Positions 1 through 9,156 are shown, counted from the stretch's first letter. The stretch: DNA of 64,000 nt from an uncultured Veillonellaceae bacterium (GCA_963805085.1 CAWDTA010000002.1:1984001-2048000); one strand, 5' to 3'. A program made the numbers and translations. The notes: generated from the letters alone by a model not told the origin.

Positions 1-38
1 TTATAGATAAGAATGTGATGAAGCAGGTGAAGTGGGGA

Positions 39-1085
39 ATGAAGAAATCATTTTGGCAAGGAAAAAAAGTATTTTTGACTGGACACACTGGATTCAAAGG
101 TTCATGGCTTAGTCTATGGCTTGGTAGTTTAGGGGCACAAGTAATAGGATATTCTTTAGAAACACCAACGAAACCAAGTTTATTTGAAATCGCAAGAGTA
201 GATACCTTGCTTGATTCTACGATTGGTGATATTTGTGATTATCAATATTTAAGTGAAGCAATGAAAAGAGCGAATCCTGATATTGTGATTCATATGGCAG
301 CGCAGGCTTTGGCTCGGGATTCTTATCATAAACCATTACGGACCTATCAAACAAATGTAATGGGAACGGCAAATGTATTAGAAAGCACAAGGCAATGCAA
401 AAATATAAAAGCTGTTGTGGTGGTTACTACGGATAAATGCTATGAGAATAAAGAATGGTACTGGGGCTATCGTGAAAATGATGCCTTGGGTGGCTATGAT
501 CCGTATTCGAGCAGTAAAGCTTGTGCAGAAATTGTAACTGCGGCCTATCGTCAGTCCTTTTTAAAAGAAGCGGGAATTTCAGTTGCTACGGTCAGGGCGG
601 GAAATGTGATCGGTGGTGGCGATTGGGCGAAAGATCGTTTGATTCCAGATTGCCTGCGAGCAATTGAAAACAATGAGAAAATCATGATTCGTAGTCCACA
701 GGCGATCCGCCCGTGGCAGCATGTATTAGAACCATTGAGCGGTTATATGATGTTAGCGGAAAAACTCTATGAAGAGGGCAGCTTTTGGGCGGAAAGCTGG
801 AATTTTGGACCACGTGATCATTCGATACTTTGTGTAGGGGATTTGGTCAAAAAGCTATGCAACAGTTTAAATGCTGATTATGAGATTCAACAAAATGATG
901 CTTTGCATGAGGCTAAATATTTAAAACTGGATTGTTCAAAAGCCAATATGAAATTAGGCTGGCAAGCTCAGTTATCTATAGATGAAAGTTTGCAATATAT
1001 CATTGCGTGGTTTGAAGCATATCGAAATGGTGAAGACATGCAGAAGGTTTCTTTAAGACAGATTGAAAAATATAATAATAAATAA
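39..1085 (+). CDS. rfbG: CDP-glucose 4,6-dehydratase
   Basis: [20 protein letters not shown] Rossmann start, [39 protein letters not shown]; likely ATG at 39. Confidence 0.95.
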   Translation: MKKSFWQGKKVFLTGHTGFKGSWLSLWLGSLGAQVIGYSLETPTKPSLFEIARVDTLLDSTIGDICDYQYLSEAMKRANPDIVIHMAAQALARDSYHKPLRTYQTNVMGTANVLESTRQCKNIKAVVVVTTDKCYENKEWYWGYRENDALGGYDPYSSSKACAEIVTAAYRQSFLKEAGISVATVRAGNVIGGGDWAKDRLIPDCLRAIENNEKIMIRSPQAIRPWQHVLEPLSGYMMLAEKLYEEGSFWAESWNFGPRDHSILCVGDLVKKLCNSLNADYEIQQNDALHEAKYLKLDCSKANMKLGWQAQLSIDESLQYIIAWFEAYRNGEDMQKVSLRQIEKYNNK

Positions 1086-1087
1086 AT

Positions 1088-1198
1088 AAAACAGTAACAA
1101 TGCCAGGCTTCGGAGCATCAGCACCAGCAAGCATATTGTTCAAAAAATTTGGCTTTACAACTGAGAATGTTATAAAAACAGTAAAAGAAGTATTATAG
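1088..1198 (+). pseudogene. tkt: Transketolase C-terminal remnant A
   Basis: Translates [36 protein letters not shown], the FGASAP...FGFT.ENV C-terminus of transketolase; the rest of the gene is absent. Confidence 0.85.
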
Positions 1199-1212
1199 GG
1201 ATAAGATACATG

Positions 1213-1248
1213 AAAAATGCGCTATCGCGATTTGCGATAGCGCATTTC
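1213..1248 (+). terminator. Intrinsic terminator, duplicated at 5116-5152
   Basis: aaatgcgctatcgc-gattt-gcgatagcgcattt hairpin. Confidence 0.8.
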
Positions 1249-1284
1249 AGACTGTCGACAAAGTCATGTCGGCAGTCTTTTTTT
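1248..1284. mobile_element. IS1182-like end remnant
   Basis: cagactgtcgacaaagtcatgtcggcagtct hairpin; shares CAGACTGT with the IS1182 end at 63636. Confidence 0.5.
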
Positions 1285-1629
1285 ATGATAATTTTTTAAT
1301 AAGAAGGTGAATATATTTTGTTGGATTATTCGGATTGTTGTGGAAATTATTTAAAAACATGTTAGTTATTGACAATCGAGAAAGAATGTTTTATGGTAAA
1401 TAAATGCATATGATACATTGGACTTATTTACCATAAAGTTTTCTGGAAGATGATGTTTGATAGAATATATTGCTATACCGAAAAGTAATGAATTTTTAAA
1501 TGAGGAGAATAGAAAATTGTATCGACATTTATTCTGAAGCCCATAGAGTTCATATTCATCGACGATTGAGTTTAAAGATGATTGGATGCGTTAGAATCAA
1601 ATAAATATTTATGAAAGAGGTAACTGGAT

Positions 1630-3204
1630 ATGATCATAATTACGGAAGATATTTTAAAGAGTGTTGAGGCGTTTAAAAAGAAGTTACAACAGTATCGTGA
1701 AGGTAAATTAGAAAATTTGAAATCCTTTAGCTCTATTATGGGAATTTATAAAGAAGGTCCCCAGAGTACATATATGGTAAGGCCAAGAATTGCTGGTGGC
1801 GTAACAACAGTAAAGCAATTGCAAACGATAAGTGCAATTGCCAAAAAATACGGAATTAAGATACGTTTTACAACAAGGCAGGATCTTCAATTTCATTCAG
1901 TGAAAATCGAAGATTTAAGCAATGTGTTAGATGACCTATTAAAATGCGGATTGATTACAAGAGGTGCCGGTGGAGACGGTATAAGAAATGTTGCATGCTC
2001 ACCTCTTTCAGGAGTAGCACAGGATGAGATTTTTGATATTACTCCATATGTTAAGGAAGTTACGAATTTTATGATGAAAGATCCAGCGAATCTTGATTTG
2101 CCAAGAAAATATAAAATCGCTTTTTCAAATAGTCTAGAAGATACAGCAAATGCCACTGTAACTGATATCGGATTTATAGCAAAAATAGTAAATGGCAAAA
2201 GAGGATTTGAAGTATATGGGGGCGGTGGACTTGGGGGTAATGCTAAATTAGCCTTAAAGATTGAGGACTTCATAGCAGATACAGAGGCCTTATACTATAT
2301 ACAAGCAATGAAGCAAATTTTCGCAAGAGAAGGAGATAGGACGAATAGACACAAGGCCAGATTGCGATTTGTTGTCCAGAGATTAGGAGAAAAAGAGTTT
2401 ATCAAGGTGTTTAGAAATGAACTGGATGAATTAAAAAAATCCGGACAAGACTTGAAGCTTCATATCAATTCCGCAGAAGAAAACTTGCAAAACATTAGCC
2501 AAAATAATCAATCGTTATGGGACCCGAAATATAAAAACGTAATATTTCCGCAAAAACAAGCAGGACAGTATTCTTTGTATATTCATCCTAACAGAGCGAC
2601 AATTACTACCCAAGAGCTGGATAAGGTATTGAATTTCTTAGAGAATTTAGACTATGAAATATCGCTACGATTGACTTTAACGCAAGGCTTTTTTGTAAGG
2701 GATTTGCGAGAAAAAGATGTACAAAAATTACTAGAACTAGTAGCTGCGTTTTCGTCTATATTTAATATAGAAAATTCTGTTGCATGTGCAGGACCGACAA
2801 TTTGTAATTTTGGTATTAGTAATTCTCAAGAATTACTCAGCAGTATTTTGGAAGCCTTTAAGGATGCAGCTGATGATATAAAAGCTGCATTGCCACGGGT
2901 TCTTATATCGGGTTGTCATAATTCTTGCTCACAACATCAAAAAGGGCTCATTGGATTTACTGGGAGAAGAAGCCGTACAGAAAATGGGACGATTCCGACC
3001 TATGCTATATCTTTTAATGGAAAAGTCGGTCCAGAAGTAGCCAGGTTTGGAGATGTCTATGGAGATATTCCTGCGGAAAAAATAGCTAACCTTCTTTTGG
3101 AGCTAGCTATTTTGAAAGTAAATTCAGGGTATACATGTTTTGTTGAATTTATAAAATATAAAGAAGCAGAAGTAAGAGTCTTAGTTGCGAATTACTCTTT
3201 ATAA
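1630..3204 (+). CDS. Ferredoxin-dependent nitrite/sulfite reductase (siroheme-[4Fe-4S])
   Basis: YMVRPRIAGG, RFTTRQDLQFH, RNVAC, LPRKYKIAFS, ligands CAGPTIC and SGCHNSC; TTGACA-17-TATGGT promoter at 1369-1397. Confidence 0.9.
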   Translation: MIIITEDILKSVEAFKKKLQQYREGKLENLKSFSSIMGIYKEGPQSTYMVRPRIAGGVTTVKQLQTISAIAKKYGIKIRFTTRQDLQFHSVKIEDLSNVLDDLLKCGLITRGAGGDGIRNVACSPLSGVAQDEIFDITPYVKEVTNFMMKDPANLDLPRKYKIAFSNSLEDTANATVTDIGFIAKIVNGKRGFEVYGGGGLGGNAKLALKIEDFIADTEALYYIQAMKQIFAREGDRTNRHKARLRFVVQRLGEKEFIKVFRNELDELKKSGQDLKLHINSAEENLQNISQNNQSLWDPKYKNVIFPQKQAGQYSLYIHPNRATITTQELDKVLNFLENLDYEISLRLTLTQGFFVRDLREKDVQKLLELVAAFSSIFNIENSVACAGPTICNFGISNSQELLSSILEAFKDAADDIKAALPRVLISGCHNSCSQHQKGLIGFTGRRSRTENGTIPTYAISFNGKVGPEVARFGDVYGDIPAEKIANLLLELAILKVNSGYTCFVEFIKYKEAEVRVLVANYSL

Positions 3205-3346
3205 GAATTTTGTGGAGACAGGGTGACTTAGTGCAGAGATATTAGCTTTAGAACGTAGACAAACAAAACCTTTGCTAGACAGATGGGCAAACCTTTTGTT
3301 GAATAAATAATTTTTTTTTATTAGCTGACCGTCACGAAGATAACCG

Positions 3347-3436
3347 TGATTATCAATAAGAGAAATAAAACGAGCAACAGGAAGATCAAGAGGAATTGTA
3401 GCTGAAAGTTGACGGAAAAAAAACGTCCCCTGATGT
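3347..3436 (+). pseudogene. 3' remnant of RAYT-like Y1 transposase with its end motif
   Basis: LSIREIKRATGRSRGIVAES* matches the end of 60282-60884 (LSIREIERSTGISRGIVTKS*); followed by gacggaaaaaaaacgtcccctga. Confidence 0.8.
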
Positions 3437-3490
3437 CGAAAATAAGACCTAAAGAACAGTCCCTTAGTCTGCATTAGTTTACCTTAGTCT

Positions 3491-3752
3491 AAAAAATATG
3501 GTTTCATTCAAAGTATGAGCCGTAAGGAAGATTGTTGGAATAATGCCTGCATGGAGTCATTTTGGAGCACATTAAAAAATGAGCTAATTTATCATGAAAA
3601 ATATAGAACAAGGAACCAAGCACGGACTGCCATCTTTGATTATATTGAATCCTTTTATAATAGAATCGACTTCAAGAAAGGCTAAGATACAATTCTCCAG
3701 AAAAGTATGAAAAACTTAGAAATTAAGCGTCCGGCTGAGCTTGTATGGGTCA
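3491..3752 (+). mobile_element. IS3-family transposase C-terminal remnant, frameshifted, with probable right end
   Basis: [28 protein letters not shown]...[12 protein letters not shown] then frameshift to [11 protein letters not shown]; ends gtccg...gggtca. Confidence 0.85.
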
Positions 3753-3798
3753 TGTACTATATATCTAAATTTCGTCACTTAAAACAACTCATTCATTA

Positions 3799-3830
3799 TT
3801 GACATAAAAAGTGTAGCGTGCTACACTTTT
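3799..3830 (+). promoter_or_regulatory. Sigma-A promoter overlapped by a palindromic operator
   Basis: TTGACA-17-TACACT with extended TG; aaaagtgtagc-gt-gctacactttt at 3807-3830. Confidence 0.75.
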
Positions 3831-3872
3831 GTATATAAACTTACGAATCTATAATATACGGGAGGTTTTTAC

Positions 3873-4208
3873 GTGAAAAAAATAAATAAGAAAATGATTG
3901 TGGCATTATGCTTTTCTATGCTTTTGTCTTTTACGGTGACAAATTTTTCTAATATGAATACAATTGCTTTTGCATCTTCTAGTGAAAGTCAGGCAAAATC
4001 AGAAATTGATGCCTTAAAAGCAAAAGGATATTCTGATTCAGATATACAATCTGCTGGAGCTATCGCAGTTGCAAGTAATAATTCAATATCTACAGTTGCA
4101 GCAAAGAAAACAAAATCTAATACGTGGAAAGATGTTCAAAAAATATTTAATGTAAGTGATTCTGCTTATAATCAAGCCTTACAGAAAATAAAAAATATGA
4201 AAAAATAA
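3873..4208 (+). CDS. Small secreted hypothetical protein
   Basis: GGAGG RBS, basic N-terminus plus hydrophobic signal peptide ending AFA. Confidence 0.75.
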   Translation: MKKINKKMIVALCFSMLLSFTVTNFSNMNTIAFASSSESQAKSEIDALKAKGYSDSDIQSAGAIAVASNNSISTVAAKKTKSNTWKDVQKIFNVSDSAYNQALQKIKNMKK

Positions 4209-4376
4209 TAGATTTGAAATAATAGATTCTAAGTTTATAAAGGATAAATCATATTTTTACATATTTTTAATGGAAATAATGATAACTTTCTATATTTTAT
4301 TATTAATAGGCAACCCCTTATCTATGCTATAATTAGTAGATAAGGGGTTTTTCCTATAAAATTTAGTAAACGGGAA

Positions 4377-4802
4377 GTGATTATAATAAAACCTATAGGC
4401 TTTATTATTAAACTCATTAATGACAGCATTACAGTTCATGTGAATTCGTCTTTAAAACCTTATGAATTAACTATGAGTCAAATTAACGTTTTAGGATATT
4501 TGCACGAAAATGAAGATAAGTTAGTGACCCAGAAAGAACTGGAAGAACAATTACATGTTTCTCATCCTACGATTGTAGGAATTTTAAAACGTTTAGAAAA
4601 AAAAGGACTTATTAGAACTTTTTTGAATCCTAATAAAAAAACAATGAAAATTGTAACTCTTACAGAATACGAGGCAGAGTTATTTAAAAACCTAAGTAGA
4701 GGGGCAAAAGAATTTGAAAATAAATTGTTAGCTGGATTTACAGATGATGAAAAATCTCGGTTGGAAGAATTCTTGATTCGCTTGCATAAAAATATCAATT
4801 AA
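4377..4802 (+). CDS. MarR family transcriptional regulator
   Basis: LTMSQINVLGYL, TQKELEEQLHVSHPTIVGILKRLEKKGLI winged HTH. Confidence 0.9.
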   Translation: MIIIKPIGFIIKLINDSITVHVNSSLKPYELTMSQINVLGYLHENEDKLVTQKELEEQLHVSHPTIVGILKRLEKKGLIRTFLNPNKKTMKIVTLTEYEAELFKNLSRGAKEFENKLLAGFTDDEKSRLEEFLIRLHKNIN

Positions 4803-5052
4803 TAAAGAATAAACAGCAAAAGTAATTTAAAAATACTTATATATTGTGCGGTTTGTGCAAGTATAAATATTGCAGCCTTCTCGGTTTTGTGTACACAAAT
4901 TAGGGCAGAAAAAACGAAAGAATCGTAGGATAGCATAGTTTTTGGGTGACAGAGGAGATTCCTTTTATAGTACTAAAGGAGTGCAGTGCTTCAAAAATTC
5001 GGATACTGCCCCTAGTTGTATCGGCATAGGAGTATTGAGATGTGGGGAATAA

Positions 5053-5101
5053 GATAAATACATTGGCTTAGATGGTAAAAACAGTAAAAGAAGTACTATA
5101 A
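5053..5101 (+). pseudogene. tkt: Transketolase C-terminal remnant B with internal deletion
   Basis: DKYIGLDGK joined to KTVKEVL*; followed by the same terminator as remnant A. Confidence 0.7.
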
Positions 5102-5115
5102 GAATAACATAAATG

Positions 5116-5152
5116 AAAAATACGCTATCGCGATTTGCGATAGCGCATTTTT
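5116..5152 (+). terminator. Intrinsic terminator, copy of 1213-1248
   Basis: aaatacgctatcgcgatttgcgatagcgcattttt. Confidence 0.8.
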
Positions 5153-5393
5153 GTCATAGAAAACAAAACGACATAATTTAAAACTGGAGCTAGTTCTCTT
5201 GGATTTGGTTTGCAATTTTAAATTAGCGACCTTTTAGTGGACTCCTAAAAGTAAAATACTTGGACAATATTATGACATTCCAAATAAGAATGACTAAGGA
5301 TATTCTTATATCTTAAATTAAATTGAGTATAATTATTACATTTTTAGAGAAAAATAGTAAAGGAAGAATATCTTTATAAAAGGAGTTTTTTTT

Positions 5394-6338
5394 ATGACAG
5401 AACAAAACAACAAAAATTATGCCCTAGGTGCTCCTGCTGCTTATCAACTTGCTGATGTAGTAAAAACAACACCACAATTCGAATCGATTACTCCAAGATG
5501 GCTAACAAAATTATTTGATTGGAAGCCGCTGGAGACAGGAGTGTTTAGATTAAATAAAGTAAAAGAGGGGCAAACACCGCTAGATGCGCTTTGCAGGCAG
5601 AAAGATAATGAAAATATACCGGAAGGTTTTGTAGATTATGAGCCAGAACCTCGTGAATACACATTAAAATCCATATCTTCGGTAATCAATTATCACACTC
5701 GTATATCCGACTTGTATAGCAGCCCTTATGACCAAATTACAGAACAACTTCGCTTAGGTATTGAATGTGTTAAGGAAAGACAAGAAAGCGAGCTTATTAA
5801 CAATGCTGATTATGGACTTCTAAAAAATATTGCTAATTCCCAGAGGATTCAAACGCGCAGTGGTTATCCTACTCCAGATGATATGGACGAACTGATTTCA
5901 AAAGTATGGAAAGAACCTTCCTTTTTTCTTGCCCATCCAAGGGCAATCGCAGCCTTTGGTCGTGAATGTACAAAACGTGGAGTGCCTCCAGCAACTGTAA
6001 CTTTATTCGGTGCACAGTTTTTAACATGGAGAGGTATTCCAATTGTTCCTACCGATAAACTATTCGTTGATGGTCAAAAAAAGCCGAAGGATAAAGCTGG
6101 CAAAACGAATATCCTTCTTGTCCGCACCGGAGAAAAGAAGCAGGGAGTTATTGGACTTTATAAGGCAGGGCTTCCAGGAGAACAGTCCAGAGGATTATCT
6201 GTAAGGTTCATGGGTATCGATAAAACTGGAATAGCATCCTATATTCTGTCTTTATATTGTTCTGTCGCTATTTTAGTTGATGACGCTCTTGCAGTGCTTG
6301 AGAATGTCGATGTAGGAAATTATTATGAGTATAAATAA
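5394..6338 (+). CDS. Family 2A encapsulin nanocompartment shell protein (SrpI-like)
   Basis: AAYQLADVVKTTPQFESITPRWL, FVDYEPEPREY, HTRISDLYSSPYDQ, PTPDDMDELISKVW, FGRECTKRGVPP, TWRGIPIVP, GLSVRFMGID; 314 aa with no cNMP insertion. Confidence 0.93.
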   Translation: MTEQNNKNYALGAPAAYQLADVVKTTPQFESITPRWLTKLFDWKPLETGVFRLNKVKEGQTPLDALCRQKDNENIPEGFVDYEPEPREYTLKSISSVINYHTRISDLYSSPYDQITEQLRLGIECVKERQESELINNADYGLLKNIANSQRIQTRSGYPTPDDMDELISKVWKEPSFFLAHPRAIAAFGRECTKRGVPPATVTLFGAQFLTWRGIPIVPTDKLFVDGQKKPKDKAGKTNILLVRTGEKKQGVIGLYKAGLPGEQSRGLSVRFMGIDKTGIASYILSLYCSVAILVDDALAVLENVDVGNYYEYK

Positions 6339-7962
6339 TAGTAATAGTATAAATTCTGGATTTGATACTACGGGACTACCAGTAGATTCTTTTCAGTTTA
6401 GTAGTCATCAGCCCCTAGATACTTCTGTACTAGCAGCGATGGCAAGTGTGTATTTCCCTGAGTTTGGCAATTCGGAAGCTCCATCGTCACTACAGTCAGT
6501 GGAGCAAACAGTGCAATCAGAGAATGGAGTTTCAGTGGTGGATTTCATAAACGCAATTCCAGTTGCAATGAAAAACATTACTAGCGTTGAAGGTCAAGCA
6601 ATAAGACAAAGTCAATCCATGCCTTTTTGTTTTTTGGAAGAAGCAAGATCCATCTTTACGAAGATTGAAAATACGGTAGGCAATCAAAGTAAGAATGCAT
6701 CAGAAAAACTTGTTAGCCCTAAACTCCATGTATATTGCAATCCGTTTGATGTGACGGCTATTCGTAAGGATTTCCCCATATTAACGGAGAAGGTAAATGG
6801 GAAAAATCTAATCTGGTTTGATAATGCGGCGACAACACAAAAACCGAAAAGTGTAATTGAGCGCTTAAGCAATTTTTATCAGCATGAAAACTCTAACATA
6901 CATAGAGCGGCACATACCTTAGCGGCACGTGCAACTGATGCGTATGAGGAAGCAAGAGATAAAGTAAGAATGTTTCTGAATGCTTCTTCCTCTAAAGAAA
7001 TTGTGTTTGTCCGTGGTGCAACAGAAGCGATTAATCTGGTTGCCCAAAGTTGGGGGAAATACAATCTGCAGAAAGATGACGAAGTCATAGTAAGTTTACT
7101 AGAACATCACGCTAATATTGTTCCTTGGCAAATGATTTGTTTTGAAACAGGAGCCAAGCTTCGTGTTATTCCTGTTGATGAAACGGGTCAGATTCTTTTG
7201 CAGGAATACGAAAAGCTTCTCAATCCTAAAACTAAAATAGTTGCTGTTACTCATGTTTCCAATACACTAGGTACGGTTAGTCCAGTAGGGGAAATCGTAA
7301 AGATTGCGCATAGATATGGGGCAAAAGTGTTAATCGATGGCGCTCAGGCGGTTTCTCATATGAAGGTAGATGTCCAGGCTCTGGACTGCGATTTTTATGT
7401 CTTTTCTGGACACAAGATTTTTGCGCCTACAGGCATAGGCGTCTTATATGGAAAATCTGAAATTTTGAACGCCATGCATCCTTACCACGGGGGCGGAAAT
7501 ATGATAGCAGATGTTACCATTGAAAAAACGGTATATAAAGATCCTCCTAACAGGTTTGAGGCTGGAACAGGAAATATTGCAGATGCTGTCGGTCTTGGTG
7601 CAGCTATCGATTATGTAAATTCCATAGGTATTGAAAATATCAATACCTATGAGAATCGTTTGCTAGAATACGGAATGAATAGTCTGCAAGGTGTACCAGG
7701 CTTACGACTTATTGGTACGGCAAGAGAAAAAGCCAGCGTTATGTCTTTTGTCATTGACGGTTTCACGCCAGAAGAAATTGGCAATACACTGAGCGAAGAA
7801 GGAATCGCTGTTCGTTCAGGACATCATTGTGCCCAGCCGATTTTAAGAAGATTCGGATTGGAAGCTACTGTACGACCTTCACTTGCCTTTTATAATACCT
7901 ATGAAGAAATCGATATACTGGTCTCAGTACTTTGCAAGTTGAAAAAAAGTCGTCTACCTTAA
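6325..7962 (+). CDS. Encapsulin cargo cysteine desulfurase (SufS-type) with N-terminal cargo-loading extension
   Basis: WFDNAATTQKP, SNIHRAAHTLA, FSGHK (PLP lysine), RSGHHCAQP (catalytic Cys); about 140-aa Ser-rich N-terminal extension; overlaps the shell gene stop. Confidence 0.93.
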   Translation: MSINNSNSINSGFDTTGLPVDSFQFSSHQPLDTSVLAAMASVYFPEFGNSEAPSSLQSVEQTVQSENGVSVVDFINAIPVAMKNITSVEGQAIRQSQSMPFCFLEEARSIFTKIENTVGNQSKNASEKLVSPKLHVYCNPFDVTAIRKDFPILTEKVNGKNLIWFDNAATTQKPKSVIERLSNFYQHENSNIHRAAHTLAARATDAYEEARDKVRMFLNASSSKEIVFVRGATEAINLVAQSWGKYNLQKDDEVIVSLLEHHANIVPWQMICFETGAKLRVIPVDETGQILLQEYEKLLNPKTKIVAVTHVSNTLGTVSPVGEIVKIAHRYGAKVLIDGAQAVSHMKVDVQALDCDFYVFSGHKIFAPTGIGVLYGKSEILNAMHPYHGGGNMIADVTIEKTVYKDPPNRFEAGTGNIADAVGLGAAIDYVNSIGIENINTYENRLLEYGMNSLQGVPGLRLIGTAREKASVMSFVIDGFTPEEIGNTLSEEGIAVRSGHHCAQPILRRFGLEATVRPSLAFYNTYEEIDILVSVLCKLKKSRLP

Positions 7963-8420
7963 TATACTACCCTAATAGCTACAGATAACAATGGCATTAA
8001 AAAAAGATGACTCCTGTTCAGTACAGAATCATCTTCTTAATATTGCATAGCCTTTTTTTATTCTCCGTAACAAAGTGTACACATTAAATATAAAACGAGG
8101 TCTATGGACGTAAAAAAATCCGCTAACCTCGCTTTTTCTATATAAAAATTCATATTTCGATTTACTTTTGCTTGCAATCCCCAACAAATGGATTATAATA
8201 AAAATAGGTGGAAATTAAAAAAGTCGCCGTGTCCTGAGAGTGGTGAGACACTCTGAGGCACGAGCAGGTGAACCAGCACCTACACGTAACAGCTAGCTGT
8301 CTACGACGACAATTTATTATACCGTGCTTTTCCCTTGAAAACAAGGGGGATGTGTGTTCGGCATAATACGATTGAAGTTTTAGCAGAGGCTTAGCGTCTG
8401 CATGCAATCAAGATGACGTA

Positions 8421-8464
8421 TAGCGCATGTGTAGGTTGAATAAAACCTCGCATGTGCTTTTTTG
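8421..8464 (+). terminator. Intrinsic terminator/attenuator
   Basis: agcgcatgtgtaggtt-gaataa-aacctcgcatgtgct followed by T-run. Confidence 0.6.
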
Positions 8465-8555
8465 ATTTCCCCTGAAACAAACTGTATGTTGGTTTTTTCT
8501 ATCTGCATCAGCGGATAGAAGAAACCACGTGCAGAATGATGAAGGGGGATATAAA

Positions 8556-8711
8556 TTGGTAACAGTACAGGGTAGTAAAAAGCTATGGGCAAGGTATCGC
8601 ACCAGCGTGTGGCGAGGAAGCCTCCTCGCCACAACCAAGGGGAGAGGTTCGTTCTATTTACAAGGGACAAGATATGTTTTTTGGGAAAACAGAGGTTCTG
8701 TAAATGTATAG
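8556..8711 (+). CDS. Small basic hypothetical protein
   Basis: AAGGGGG RBS, TTG start, overlaps next start (ATGTATAG). Confidence 0.4.
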   Translation: MVTVQGSKKLWARYRTSVWRGSLLATTKGRGSFYLQGTRYVFWENRGSVNV

Positions 8712-9027
8712 AATCTATAGAACACCAAAAGCCACGATTATTGCTCAGGAAGTAGAGAACACTGATTTTACAGTTAAATTGCTTACAGATTTAGATTGCA
8801 AAGAATATGTGATGATCAAGTGGCAAGATGCAGTTAATATATATGATTTTTCGCTAGTTGGTCAGGTCAATGAAATAGCTGACGAAATTTCATTAGAAGA
8901 GTTTAGAGAAATTACCTATGCGAAAATATATAAGGAATCATTAGAGGAGGAAATCAAAGCCCCAAAGATGGATTATCCAAAGTTCGACTGGAAATGTTTT
9001 GCAGAAAAAGGCTCAACTAGCAGCTGA
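8704..9027 (+). CDS. Acidic hypothetical protein
   Basis: 107-aa ORF with GAGG RBS; hairpin at 9008-9048. Confidence 0.6.
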   Translation: MYRIYRTPKATIIAQEVENTDFTVKLLTDLDCKEYVMIKWQDAVNIYDFSLVGQVNEIADEISLEEFREITYAKIYKESLEEEIKAPKMDYPKFDWKCFAEKGSTSS

Positions 9028-9156
9028 GATACCTGCCAGTTGAGCCTTAAAAATATCAAAATCTCTGCTTTGCCCTCTTTACGACCAAAGAAAACGGGAC
9101 TCAGAGCAGGCCTATTATGATGTTCCATTACAAACAAAACTGATGAAGGCAAGAGA

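Noticed and set aside
5394-6338. Prophage major capsid gene
   Set aside because: No terminase, portal or tail genes; motifs and the desulfurase partner fit an encapsulin.
6325-7962. Housekeeping SufS of a suf operon
   Set aside because: No sufBCDU neighbours, and it carries an N-terminal extension.
8066-8140. Possible resolvase res-site remnant (gtgtacaca...cgaggtctatggacg); gtgtacaca also near 4889
   Set aside because: No resolvase nearby and the shared motif is too short to support.
8162-8670. Minus-strand ORFs of 76-96 aa
   Set aside because: No RBS or recognisable motifs; they lie antisense to a better-supported plus-strand unit.
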